Shown: positions 1 through 12,215 of the stretch, piece by piece
Layout: every line of letters begins with the position of its first letter
Numbering within the stretch: position 1 is the stretch's first letter
Source: Amoebophrya sp. A120
Taxonomy: Eukaryota > Protista > Dinoflagellata
Length of the DNA stretch: 64,000 nt
Direction: 5' to 3'
Assembly: GCA_905178155.1 (NCBI GenBank)
Contig: CAJINV010000002.1
Span: 1,504,677 to 1,568,676 of the forward strand
The notes under the pieces: generated by a model
What the model saw: only the letters and a program-made list of their open reading frames with translations
Databases searched by the model: none
Told to the model about the DNA's origin: nothing
Translations under genes and position numbers: made by a program

Positions 1-200
1 TGTGTTGCAAGAAGTGCATTATCTAGCTTACTCCCATAGGATTGCGCATGACAAGTTCTGGAGTCCCAATCCGCACAGCAATCTGGCGAAATTTGTATTG
101 CAGAAAGTGGAACGCTGTCCGAGTCTGTCATGCTCATCATGCAATACAAAACCCAGATTCTATTGTAACGTTTGAGATTGTAACGTTTGAGCGGGTCATA
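1..200. mobile_element. Introner/MITE-like element, family C (left end outside window)
   Basis: Closely similar to 40371-40628 and 54071-54325; right TIR ...TATTGTAACGTTTGAGATTGTAACGTTTGAGCGGGTCATA ends at 200. Confidence 0.85.
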
Positions 201-3200
201 GCAATCACTTCCGTTTTTTTCGTGTCATCCTTCATCTGCTGGAACTTTTCCTCCTTACTCATCTTCTTTTTCCTCTTGTTGATAATCACCTTCGGCTCCG
301 GAGGCGCGTCTGCTGCGGGTTGTGCCGCTTCCGGCTCAGGGGACGTGTTCGCACTTGGGTTCGCCCCCGCTTCCTCGGAATTCTCCCGTGGTGGTGGTAT
401 TGAAAGAAAAAAGTTCGTCACAGTCACTAATTTTCATTTTTTGAAAAAAAATCAGGGCAAATTGAAAATTTGACTTGATGGCCGAAAAAGCAACCAGCTT
501 AAAAACTTCAGGCCTCGCGCGGCATGCTGAAGCCACGGCCTGGCTGCGTTTTGCGTGCCCGGGTTGTCTTAGCTCACTGAAGCTTACCCACTGCGCGGCC
601 CCACAGCCTTTGACAGGGAAGGACACCTACCAGGAAAGGGGGCAGAGCGCGTGTCTTCGATTACACGGACCTAGCGCGCAAGTGGTCGCGCAGCGCCTCC
701 ATGGCCTTCCACTTCTCCCTTGATAAAGCAGGCCGCCTTCGTTCCGTTGAACATCTAAAAGGCCGCCACAAGGCCGGCCTGCAAAAGTGATTGGGCCTGG
801 TTACATCTGTCCAGACCTCTTTTGGCATTGGGCAGACCGCCCAAAATTTCAAAAAAGCGGCGACAGCTTTTTTTTTTCAAAAGTTGCCTTTTGAACATTC
901 GTTCGCGCAGTCACTCGGCCTAGTTTTTTTCGGTCGCTCGAGTTTTTTTTCGACCCCCGCCGAAACGAAAAATTGGCCGAGTGACGAACTTTTTTGGCGA
1001 ATATGATTTCGCTTTCCCGCACCTAAAATGCCGCTTTTTGGAAATTGAAGCGCTTCGTCACTCGGAGCTTTTTTCACAAAAAAAGGCTCCGCTTTTTTGT
1101 CGTTTTTGTTCTGTTTCAAAACAATTTTTTGACCTGTTTTTCTCCGAGTGACTATGGCGCGCAAGAATCAAAATTCCAATTTTCGGCTTCATGCAGTCGG
1201 AAAGATTTGCGGTTTTTGCGCATTTGCGTAAGTTGCTTCTGCCTTTAGGCAAGGTAGTCGACTGCCCTAGTCCGCCCAGTGACATGTGCCGCACTCAGCC
1301 CCGTGTTTTGGGTATTTCGTTAGAGGGGCGCGCGTAAATGCGTTGCCGCTCATCGCTGGCACATATTTTGCAAAAGTTCTTGGCGCAGTAGCTGCGCTAA
1401 GAATTTTTTGCGTAGCCAGGAAGGCGTAGGAGCTCTTGCGGAGGCATGTGTGCTTCAGCGCGTCTGCCCCGGAAATGGCTAGAATTTAGCTCCGTCAAGC
1501 CGTCGAGACCACTAGTTCTGCAAAATACAAGGCCCTTGCAGTCGAAGGGGAAAAGGTCGCGCGTTTCCTCCACATCAGAAGATTTCTTCTTTTTCACCTT
1601 TCAATTTTTCGAAAAATGAAAAATTGTGACTGTGACGAACTTTTTTCTTTCGATAGGTGGGAACGCGGAGGCAATTGGGTTCGCCGCTTCCTCGGAATTC
1701 TCCCGTGCTGGTGGGAATATGGAGTGACAAAACGCAAAACAGGCCTATTGGAAAGTGGCGAAAAAATTTAATTTTCTTCAATGTGGATTGAGGAAAATTA
1801 AATTTTTCGAAATGCGCCACGGGCGTTTGTTGCATTCTTGGCGCCAAATTGGGAGAGGAAATGGAGCAGAGCGGGGAAGCAAATTAGCACGACGAGTAGA
1901 CGCCATATGCTTTGCGAACCCGTCCGATTGGGTGAAAAGTGGCACGAGTGAGGACTTATTTTTTCGCACCCCACCCCGACCGAGCGTGACAATGGCGAAT
2001 CCACCCCACTGCCCAATCACCCGGCCGGGCGGCGGTGGATGAGCGATAGGCATTAGTTTGGGACGTCAATAGCTCCAAATCCTTCGCATTAATGCACACG
2101 GGGCAAGGCGCGTTGTTTTGCCGCTGTGCTGTCGCGATGGAATGGGCAGCGGCTCCTTCCGTGACTTTGCTTGGCCAACAAACCGCTTTGGAGGTTCAGC
2201 AAACATCAAAGGGAAGTAAGAAAGAACAAGCACCCCAAGCCGAGCGCGTGCGCTTTTCTTCGCCGAGTTACACTGCGAAAAGCCACTCGGACAAGCCACG
2301 CAGATGCATTCCGGGCCTCGGAAGGGGCATCCGAAGAGGCTGGATGGCCACACAGGCGCTCCGAAGTGTCCACAGTGGAGTCCTTTTCAGATCAAAAAAC
2401 GCGCCATTTTTGAACTTCATAAATGTTCAAAAAAAGCGCCACTTTTGAATTCAATTGCGCGGGTTGGGTGTTTTCGGCGCGGGTAGGGTGTTTTGGGCCA
2501 ACCCGCGCCGCGGGTTGGCTGTTTTGGGCCAACCCGCGCAATTGAATTCAAAAAAGCCAACTTTTGGGCCTTTTTGAGGAGCAACTTTTTGGGCATTTTT
2601 GACGAGAAAAAAAGCCAATTTTTGGGCCGCTTTGCCGACCATCCAGACACTTTTCGGGGGCAAAACGTGGGCGCAAGGACGCCCTCCACTGCCTTGTCGG
2701 AGACCACACACGCCACACCTGCCCCTTCGGGAAGCCATCGCGAACACTGCAAACGCAACGGCACAACCGAGTGGCGTCCCCGAATACCGCGTCGCTCGGT
2801 GGCGAAGTGCCTTCTAGTGTGCCCCTCCCATGCGGAAGGTTGGCGAGATTGCCTCGCGTGGCCAGTCCGGCGCTCACGACGTCTCACGGGGCGCCAACCT
2901 ACAAGAGACCCGACGCGACGGCCAAGTCAAAAGTGAGCGAAAACCGATTGCGCTCGAAAGCAATTCAAGAATCCCCGCGCGCAGCAGTTGCTTGAGTGTA
3001 GTTCTTTGCATCGCATAGACAGCCGAAACACGCGGAAAAGGTTGCCGCTTTTTGCGCGCATTGCGTCCTTTCATTTGAATCGCTGCCCCCATTTATTGGC
3101 TGGCAATCCTGCTGACTCTTCAACTACAGACACACGTTTTTAGGTGCGCCGTTACTCAAAATTGGGAGGCCGATTTTCAGAAATTTTAAAAAAATCAATC

Positions 3201-5896
3201 GGCATTGAGAAAATATCAATTTTAGGGTTCGCCGCTTCGTCGGAATTCTCCCGTGCTGGTGGGAACGCGGAGGCAATAGGGATTGGCGGAACGGTCGGTG
3301 CACCAGATTCGGGTGCTGTAGCCGGGGCGGGGGGTTCTGTATTGAAATTTAAAGGCTAAGCTCAATGAAAAGTTGCGATTTGATGCCATGCAGGTGATCC
3401 AAGAAAATCTCATTTTGTCAAATGCGCAAATTCCTATCTATCATCTTACCTGCTGCCTCCACTGGTTCATCTTCCGGTGGTGCCAACAAAGCCGCTTCCT
3501 CCACAATCGCATTTTCTGTCGCTTTATCGACCACCTCCTCCGCCACCTCCGCACTTAAATCCGGCTTAAAATTTTCATCCCCCTCTACTTCCTCTTCAAC
3601 TACCTCCTCCTCCTCTTCAATCACCCCGCCAATCCGCGCTTTTTTCGGTTTAGTCAATTCCTTTTCCGTGTCGGTTGGTTTTGTCCTCTCCACTGATAAC
3701 CCGAAAACTTCTTCAGCCGAGTCCCGGATCACGTCCTTCACAATCAGCTCCGACTGCATCTGTTCCGTCCAAGATTCCTCCGCGGAAGACGCTGCGGAGC
3801 TGGAAATCGCACCGGCCGGCTCTTCAACCTCTTCTGCGGGAAGATGATCTTCGTTGCTGGTAGAAAGAGAAAAAAGAAAAAAGAAAAAAAAAAAAGAAAA
3901 AAAAAAACAAACAGATAAAAAAACAGCAAAAAAAAAAAACTATAACAAAAAAAAAAAACTTAAAAAAATAATAAAGTGAAAAAAAAAACATGAAAAATAA
4001 AAAAAACAACATATAAATGACAAAAAAAAAAACTAAGAAAAGATAAAAATAAAACAAAAATATAAATATAAAAAAATTTTCCAAAAAAAAAGAACAAAAA
4101 AAACATAAAAAAAAACCGCATATGAAAAAAAATATTAAAAAAAAAAGAAAAAAAAAAATTTAGCAAAATTAAACAAAAAAATACATATTAAAAAAAAAAA
4201 AAAAAATCAAAAAAAAAAAAGACAAAAACTAAAAAAAAAAAAATAAAACAAAATTATAAAAAATAAATCAAAAATATAAAAAAAAAAAAAAAAAAAAAGA
4301 CATCAAAACAGAAAAAAAAAAAAAAAATAAAACAAAAAAAAAAAGAAAGAAAAGAAAAAAAAAAAAAATATCATAAAAAGATAAAAAATGAAAAAAAACA
4401 CAAAAAAAATATTAAAAAAAAAAAAAAACAAAAAAAAAAAAATTTAAAAAAAATATTTACACTACAAAAAAAAAAAAAAAATAGACCGCATTTTAAACAA
4501 ACAACAACTAAAATTCAGACAAATTCACTAAAAAACACAAAAAAAAGCAGAAAAAAAAAAAAATAAAAGAAAAAAAAAAAAAGTAAAAAAAAAAATAAAT
4601 AAAAAAAAAAGAAAGAAAAAAAAGAACACGCAACAAAAAAATAGAAAAGCAAACACAATGCAAAAACAAAAAAAAAAAAAAAAAAAATAAAAAAAAAAAA
4701 AAATAAATAAAAAAAAAGAAAAAAAAAAAAAGAAATAAAAGAAAAAAAAATATCAAATACAAAAAAAGAACAAAAAAAACCAAAAAAAGACAAAAATGCA
4801 AAAAAAAAAAAATAAATAAAAAATAAAGAAAAAAAAAAAAAAAAGAAATAAAAAAAAAAAAAAATAAAAAAATCAAGAACAAGAAAAATAAAAATAAATA
4901 AAAAAAATCAAGAAAAAAAAATAAAAATGAAAAAAACAAAAACCAAGAACAAAAATAAAAAAACAAAAAAAAAAGAAGAAAATAAAAAAAAAAAGAAAAA
5001 ACATAAAAAAAAAAAAAAAAAACATGCAAAAACAAAAATTGTAGAAAAAAAATAAAAAAAAAAACAAAAACAAAAAAAAAAAAAAAAAAAAAAAATAAAA
5101 AAAAATAAAAAAAAAGCAAAAAAAAAATAAAAAAAGATAAATAAAAAAAAGAAAATAAGATAAAAAAAAAAGAAAAAAAAAAAAATAAAAATATATAAAA
5201 AAATTAATATGTAAAAAAAAAAAAAAAAAAAAAGAAAAATAAAAAACAAAAATTAAAATAAATCAAAAAAAAATATAAACAACAAACAAAAAACAATAAA
5301 AATAATACAAATAAAAAAACTCAAAAAAAAAAAAAAAGAAAAAAACAAAAGAAAAAAGAACAAAAAAGAAAAACAAAGAAAAAACTAGAGAAATAAACCA
5401 AAACAAAAAAAAATAGGAATTAAAAGAAAAAAAAACGAAAAAGGAAAAAGAAAAAAAAATAATAAAGATAACGAAAAGGAAAAAGAAAAAAAAAATAAAA
5501 AAATAAAACAAGAAAAAATAAAAATGAAAAAGCGAAAAATAAAAGAAAAAAAAAAAAACTAACACAAAAAATAAAGTAGAAAAAGCAGCTATTAAAGCCA
5601 GATCATAAAAGAAAAAAAATGCAGCACAAAAAAAATAAAACAAAAAAGGACTTAAAAAAAAAACAAAAAAAAAAAAAAAAAAGAAAAACAAAAAAATAAA
5701 AAATAAAAAAAAGAAAAAAATAAAAAAATACTAAACAAAAAAAGACATATGCACCAAAAAAAAAAAAAAATAAACAAAATAAAAAAAAAAGAGAAGGTAA
5801 ATATTAAAAAAAGCAAGAAAAAAGAAAAAACAAAAAGCAAAAAAAAAAAAAAAAAAAAACAAACAAGCAAAAAAAAAAAAAGAAAAAAAAAAAAAA

Positions 5897-5938
<42 letters not shown>

Positions 5939-6742
5939 GAAATAAAAAAAAAAACAGAAAAAAAAATCAAAAAAGAAAAAAAAAGTATAAAAATAGAAAA
6001 TGACGAAAAAAAAGAAAAAAAAAAGAAAAAAATAAAGAACAATCAACATAACAAATTAAAAAAAAAAAAATTAATATAAAAAAAAAAGATTAAAAAAAAA
6101 TAAACAAAAAAAAAACTAGAAAAAAAGATAAAAACAATAAAAAAAAATAAACAGAAACAAAAAAAAGAAGATAAAAAAAAAAAGAATTAAATCAGAAAAA
6201 CAAAAAAAAAAAAAATAAAAACAAGAAAAAAAAAAAAAAAAAAAAAAAAAACCAATATAAAAACAACAAATAATAAAACAACACAAAAAAAAAAAATAAA
6301 AAAAAATAAGAAAGAAAAAAAAAATAAAAAGAAAAAAGAAAAATAAAAAAAAGGAAAAATAAATATAAATATTAAAAAAATAATAATAAAAAAAAAAAAA
6401 AAACAAAGTAGCATAAGATATAAAAAAAAAAATTAACAAATAAAAAAAAAAAAAAAGAAAAAAATAAAAAAATAAAAAAAAGAAGTAAAACAAAACTAAA
6501 AAAGAATATAATAAATATAAAAAAGAAAAAAATAATAGAAAAAAAAAAAAAAAAACAAAAAAAAAAGAAAAACAAAGAAAACCAAAAAAAAAAACAGAAT
6601 GAAAAAAAAACGAAAACAAAAAAAAAAAAAAAAAAAAAAAAAGAAATAAAAAAATAATAAAAGTAAAAGTTAAAAAATAAAAAAAAAAAAAAAACAAACA
6701 CAAAACAAACAAAAAAAAAAAACAAAATATAAAAAAAACAAG

Positions 6743-6775
<33 letters not shown>

Positions 6776-9347
6776 AAATAATAAGAAACAAAAAAAAAAA
6801 AATAGAATAAAACAAAAAAAAAAAAAAAAAGCTAATAAAAAAACAAAACGAAAAAAAAGAAACAAAACAAAAAAAAAAATAAAAAAAATACAAACAAAAA
6901 AAAAAAACAATAAAAATATTATTAAAAAAAAAAAAGAATAAAAAGTAAAAAAAAAAAGAAACAAAATCAACAATAAGAAAAAAAAAAAAGAAATAAAAGA
7001 GAAAAAATAAAAAAAAAAACAAAAAAAAAAAATAAACAAAAAAAAAAAAAAAATATAGAAATTAAAAAAAAAAAATAAAAAAAAAAAAAAAACTAAAAAA
7101 AATAAACAAAAAAGAAAAAACAAAAAAAAAAAAACAAAGAAAAAAAAATAAAAAGAAAAAAGAATAAAAAAGACAAAAAAAAAAATATAAAACAAGAGAA
7201 TAAAACAAAAACAAAAAGAATAAAGAAAAAAAAAAAAAAAAAAAATAAAAAAAAAAAAGAACAAAAATAAATTTAAAAATAAAATAAAAATTAAAAAAAA
7301 AAAACAAAAAAAAAAAAAAAATATTAAAATACAGAAACAAAAAAAACAAAAAAAAGAAAAAAAAAAAATAACGAAAAAAACAAAATAAAGAAAAAAGAAA
7401 AGAAATAAACAAAAAAAATAACAAAAAAAACAAAGACAAAAAAAAAAAAAAAACAAAAAAAACAAAAAAATTAAAAAAAAGAAATAAAGAAAAAAAAGAA
7501 AAAAAAAATAAAAAAAGAATAAAAAAAAACAATATAAAAAAATTAATCAAAAAAAAAGCAAAGCAAAGAAAATAGATAATAAACAAAAAAAAAAATATTT
7601 TCAACAAATAATATACAGAACCTAAAAACAAAAAAAAAAAAATGAACAAAAAAAAAAACATCGACAAAAAAAAAAGAAAAAGAAAAATCTTCAAAAAAAA
7701 CAAAAAAAAAGAAATAAAAGAAAAAAAACAAAAAAGAAAAAAATAAAAAAAAAATAAAAAAAAAAAGAAATAAATACAAAAAAAGAACAAAACAAAAAAA
7801 ACAAAAGATAAAAAAAACGAAAAATAAAAAAAAAAAGAATCAAAAAACAACAAAGAAAAAAAATAAAAAAAAAAAAAATAGTATAGAATAAAAGATAAAA
7901 AAAAAAAAAAAAAAAAAGAAAAACAAGCTAATAAAAAAAAATGTACCACAAATAGATAATAATCAAAAAAAAAAAAAAATAAAACCTCAAAAAAAACAAA
8001 ATAAAAATATAAAAAAAAAAAAATAAAACAAAAAAAATCAACACAAACATAAACAACAGAAAACAAAAAAAATTATATAAAATAATGATCAAAAACAAAA
8101 ATCAAAACTAAAAAAAATAAAAAATCAAAAAAAAGGACAACAAAAAACTAAACAAATTCCACAAATAAAAAAAAAAAAAAAAAAATAAAAAAACACGAAT
8201 CACCAAATAAAATACAAAAAAAACCAACAAAAACACGGACCGAAAACAAAAAAAATTATGGAAGCGTCAGGTTTGAAATCGTCAAAGTTGAAAAATTTGT
8301 GATGCATAAAATCGATACCAATTGGAAGCCCAATTTCGAAGCGGCGCATGACAAATTTCGGCACCGTCAAAATCCAGTTTGTCATGCTGTTTAGCGAAAG
8401 AAGGCATCCTTTGTCATGCCACTTTAGCAGCTCCATCCCAAACCCGAAACAGGCTCACAATCGGCCTCACTTGCAATCCCTGCAAGACAGTCTTTTCGTG
8501 CCTTGCATTTTGTGCATCACAGATTATTTCAACTTTGTTGATTTCAATCCTGACACTTCCATATGTTTCTATCGGAGTCTAGCGTACTCGGTGGACAGAT
8601 GAACGCGGAAACTGATCCGGTGTGGTCGGTCACTTCCTGCGACCCGTGGTCGGTAATGGTAAAATCCGTGTGTTGTAAGTGGAGCAAGGAGTTCGACTGT
8701 AGTTCCCCGCTGTTGTAGGTGTTCTGCTGATTGTTGTTCTCGTACTGCTCGTTCATCAGCTCTAGAGATTGTTCATCCCCGGGCAGTTCTAGTGACATAT
8801 GCGAGTGCACAACTCCCTCTTGCACTCATTTGTAATGCAAAATACCGAGTCCACCTCTTTCCTTTAAGCATTTTGCGCATGACAGGTCTTGGACCCCGCT
8901 CAAACATGACTACAATCCATATCCGGATTTGTCATGCGGAAGCCACATAACTGCTGTTGCCTGTGTTGCTGTTCTTCCCATACAAATGTAGTGGAGGGGG
9001 GGTTATGCACTGCCATATGACATCAACACCTGCGACTGCTCATCCGCAATACGGTCCTTCTGTTCCTGCTCGGTGATGTCCTGGACGGTTTCTGGATTGT
9101 CCAAACCGGATTGAGAAAAAGATTTGTCTCCTTGCGCATTAGCTGCATCTTCACCAGGAAACTCCGTCCCGTCTAGGTTATATTTCGGCTCGTCCATCGG
9201 GGTGGTGACGGCAATCTCCTGGATCGTCGATTCGGACTGGAAGGAAGGCTTCCTGGAGAGTAGTTCCCGAGACAAGCCGTCCGCGAGCTGGTCTCGGACC
9301 TCCGCCTCCGTCCCCGGGGTAGGGGGCTTTTCTTGTTCTTCCGACAT
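201..9347 (-). CDS. Multi-exon acidic low-complexity protein; 3' end beyond window start; middle obscured by A-rich block
   Basis: Starts MSEEQEKPP (9347). Exons ~9347-9018, 8792-8564, ~3863-3450, 3336-~3223, 1717-1656, 392-201. GT-AG intron 3337-3449 (EAA-E-PPAP). Introner removal gives QVLMS-LELPG and AFPP-PRENS in frame. The PP(A/P)RENS(D/E)EA repeat occurs three times. No known domain recognised. Confidence 0.55.
398..1655. mobile_element. Long (1258 bp) TIR element acting as non-canonical intron
   Basis: ~50-bp imperfect TIR TATTGAAAGAAAAAAGTTCGTCACAGTCAC... / ...GTGACTGTGACGAACTTTTTTCTTTCGATA; 5-bp direct repeat GGTGG at 393-397 and 1656-1660; removal restores frame. Confidence 0.85.
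1718..3222. mobile_element. Probable inserted element/intron with internal hairpin; right boundary unresolved
   Basis: Begins TATGGAGTGAC immediately next to an exon. Contains a perfect 25-bp inverted repeat (2443-2467 / 2529-2553) around short GCGGGTTGG-type repeats. Separates two copies of the PPARENS exon repeat. Confidence 0.45.
3864..8256. repeat. A-dominated low-complexity block, probably a long-read/consensus artefact
   Basis: Aperiodic A runs with scattered C/G/T. Abuts an open exon at ~3863 and replaces the expected TGTTT direct repeat left of the introner at 8257. Confidence 0.7.
8257..8563. mobile_element. Introner, family B
   Basis: TIR TATGGAAGCGTCAGGTTTGAAATC / GATTTCAATCCTGACACTTCCATA; 307 bp; homologous to 32044-32349. 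Confidence 0.85.
8798..9017. mobile_element. Introner, family E
   Basis: TIR TATGCGAGTGCACAACTCCCTC / GGGGGGGTTATGCACTGCCATA; direct repeat TGACA on both sides; homologous to 39688-39919. Confidence 0.88.
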
Positions 9348-9939
9348 GTTGGCTTTTTTATAGGTCTTTTTGTAATTATGCTAGTTCTACGTATTACGCT
9401 CTTGGTGCCATCTTGGTGGTGCAACAGAAGTTGCGCAGCTCTCTGTCTCTTCGGTACGCGATCTATCCGCACACTCTCAGGTGTGCGGACGAGTTCTAGT
9501 TTTCATTTGAAAGGTGCAGTGCGACGTGGTGATTATTGCTGTAAAAGCCGAAACGTCTGTGAAACCCACGAGCCACCAGTTTGCCTTACTCTCTCTAAAA
9601 TCCGCAGCTCCAAAGAAGATATCCATCATCACACTCGCAGTCATTTCTCTTATGCTCGAATCTACTCGCTCGAAAACTATACATATTTAAGCACTTCCGT
9701 TACCTTGACCTGCTACCAAGGAATTATACGACTGCTACGAACGAATCCTTGCACAAAACGTTCCACGACGACAATCTATGTCGGATCTCTCTGGAAATCT
9801 CGCCGGCAAAACGACGAGTCTCAATTAGATATGAGGTGAACACGGTGCTGACCTTGACCAATACGGCTACATTCGTGTCGGCAAGGGCCTTGCCGACAAG
9901 CCGTTCGTCTACTGCTGTTGCCATAAAGTGTTCTTTCGT

Positions 9940-10330
9940 CCTCCGACGCCGCCGGATACGCCCAGGACACGGGCTCCAGCAGCCGCGCCATATCATAATA
10001 TATGGGGCGCTGCCACATGTGCGAGTGGGGCGCTGGGCGAAAAAGGCCACAGGAATATTTCCCGGCGCCCCGCCTGTGCTATACAGAAGCGGCCCGCCAA
10101 ACAAAGAAAGTGCCCGAGGACGGGGCACCTGCTCGGCCCCGGGCTGGCAGACAGGCCCCCTGGTCGGCACACAAGCAGAGCGCGCCCCCGCTGCGGACTT
10201 CGTACGACGGGCGCCGCGGCCGGCAGGCAAAAGCGCGCCGGCCGCCGCGAAGAAAGCGGCGCGCCCGGCCTGCGGCAATGTCGCCGCGGCCGCATCACTT
10301 TCCGGGGGCTAAAAATGCGGCAAGCATGGC
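9940..10330 (+). pseudogene. GC-rich degenerate relic, possibly LTR-retrotransposon integrase C-terminal core
   Basis: Translation GALPHVRVGRWAKKATGIFP resembles the integrase LPxVxxAxR...ATGxSP motif; sharp local GC peak. Confidence 0.4.
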
Positions 10331-11089
10331 CCGGGCTTCGCTCCACAGTTGAAGGCGCTTCCCCCTGCCAATAAATCAAAGAGAGCAAGGGCGGCAGTTG
10401 CCTCTTCGCTGGATCTTCGAAGAAATTGATCCGCGACCTGGCCCCCAGTGGTCAAACTACAGCCGCGCCAGCCACTGCTCTCGGAGCGGCCAGCGGCGGG
10501 CCCGCGCCTGCCATTTCCCGGAGCACGCATCCTCGGAACGACTGCCCCCCCGGCCACCAGTCTGCGGGCGCGCCGCTCTCAATCCAGCAGCCACGACGAA
10601 AGAAGCTAATCAAAAAGCTACTATATGTCAATGATGAAGTAGTATAGAATGAAAAAGTCCAATCCTCCAACTCGCCTTTCCTGCTCAAAGTCCGTTCCCA
10701 AAACTTGTGACTCTTCGCTCACCCTCACATCGTGACAACGTCCCACTTCACTGCCCGCTCACCCTTTAACAGTCTCGCCTCTCACGTTAGAAAGATCATG
10801 AGAGGACGACTCAGAGTACATGTCTAGCATCAAAGCTGCCTGCGACGGATGGCTCAGCCGAGAGCGGTCGTCACGGAACACACAGCGAGCCGGCGCCATC
10901 AGCGGCCATCTTGCATATTGGCCAAAACAAACCGACAGGGCCCAGTCCAAATATGCGAAAGTACTAGCTGTATATCTTCACCTTTCTGCCCCATCGCTTA
11001 CAGCTTTCCCCTTGACTACGTACTCCCGAAGCACAGAGCGAGGGGCGGCTGCAGGAATGGTGCGTCCGCGCCTGTAAAGGGGGCCCGAA

Positions 11090-11480
11090 AGTTATTGCGC
11101 GCTCGGCCCCCGGGGCTGGTCGCACGGTGCCAACACGAAGCGCGGCTGCAGCAGTGGCCGCAACACGGAGCCGGCGCGCTGCCTGGCACACGTGGCGCGA
11201 AAGAAAGCGAGCGCGCACAAGGGGCAATGCATGGAGCGGCGGAAGCTGCCGGAAGCCCTGGGGCGCTGCGCGGTCCCAGGCAATCAACACGGCAGGCGGC
11301 CGGGACCGGTAGCCTGGGCGGGCAAGAAAATGAGCGGCCGGCGCCTTTCGGCGCGCGGGCGCTTTTGGTTTGGTCGGCGCGCCCTTGCATTTGCGACGCG
11401 ATTCGCGAATGCCGTCGCTTTCTTTTGCGCGGCAGCTGGCCAATGAGCGCTTCTGCCCGTACGGGTCCGTGTCCAGGGAC
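11090..11480 (+). pseudogene. GC-rich degenerate Ty3/gypsy-type RNase H relic (frameshifted)
   Basis: Across three frames, in order: WSGGSCRKPWGAARSQ (cf. xDASxxxWGAVLxQ), PVAWAGKKMS (cf. PVAFASRKLS), CICDAIRECRRFL (cf. LAIVxAxxxWRxYL). Confidence 0.6.
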
Positions 11481-12215
11481 AAGGCCGCCCACTTGATGCA
11501 GGACGAGGGGAGCCTGTGTACTGCGGCAACATCCTTCGCGCCTCCGGTCGGCTTTTGCCATGCTGAAGCGCCAACACAACCGCCCACCCTCCTGGAAAGC
11601 CAGCGGGCAACCAAGGCGGCCCGCCCATTCTGCTCACGCGCTGGCCAGGGCATGACGTTGGCAGCAAGCAGAAAACGCCCGGCCTGCAGCCCATCCAGCT
11701 GGCCCGGGCGCAAGTACTACGCAGCTACAACATGACGAGGTGCGCCATACAACTCCTAGTGTTACGCAAAAAAAGCCACTCTGTCCGTCGCTCTATATCT
11801 CTCGAGTGGAGTAGTTCTCCTCACAAACTCGAACTACATTTGAGCGGCTTGATCTCTCTTTACATCCGCTCTACCGGAACTATAACGCACATCACTCGCG
11901 CAGGACAACACGTTGCATCCGATGAACAAGATGAGCTTACTGCAGTTGTAAAACCCTGCTGCAGCACGGGCACCTTTTCCAGACACCCCCCATTTTGCTC
12001 ATTCGCTGAGCAAGGTATTGAACCTTCGTTGTGCGTGTGTTATTGCAGCTTCTATCTCGATGGGGCGAAGGCCCGTGTCGCAAGTGTCGCTTTTCAATTG
12101 TAAGCACAGTATTGTAGCACCACTCTGCGGCTCTACTACATGCGCAGTAAAATCAATCGCATTCGGGAATCTTCAAGGAGTTGTTCAATGCCATCAACTA
12201 ATTCAACCTCCAATC

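Noticed and set aside
3824-8066. Poly-Phe ORFs on the minus strand
   Set aside because: By-product of the A-rich block; no coding signal.
9724-11735. Many overlapping Ala/Arg/Gly/Pro-rich ORFs as real genes (also 17637-19467, 25495-27315, 29880-30689)
   Set aside because: Stop-codon depletion from high GC opens all frames; the recognisable motifs are degenerate and frameshifted.
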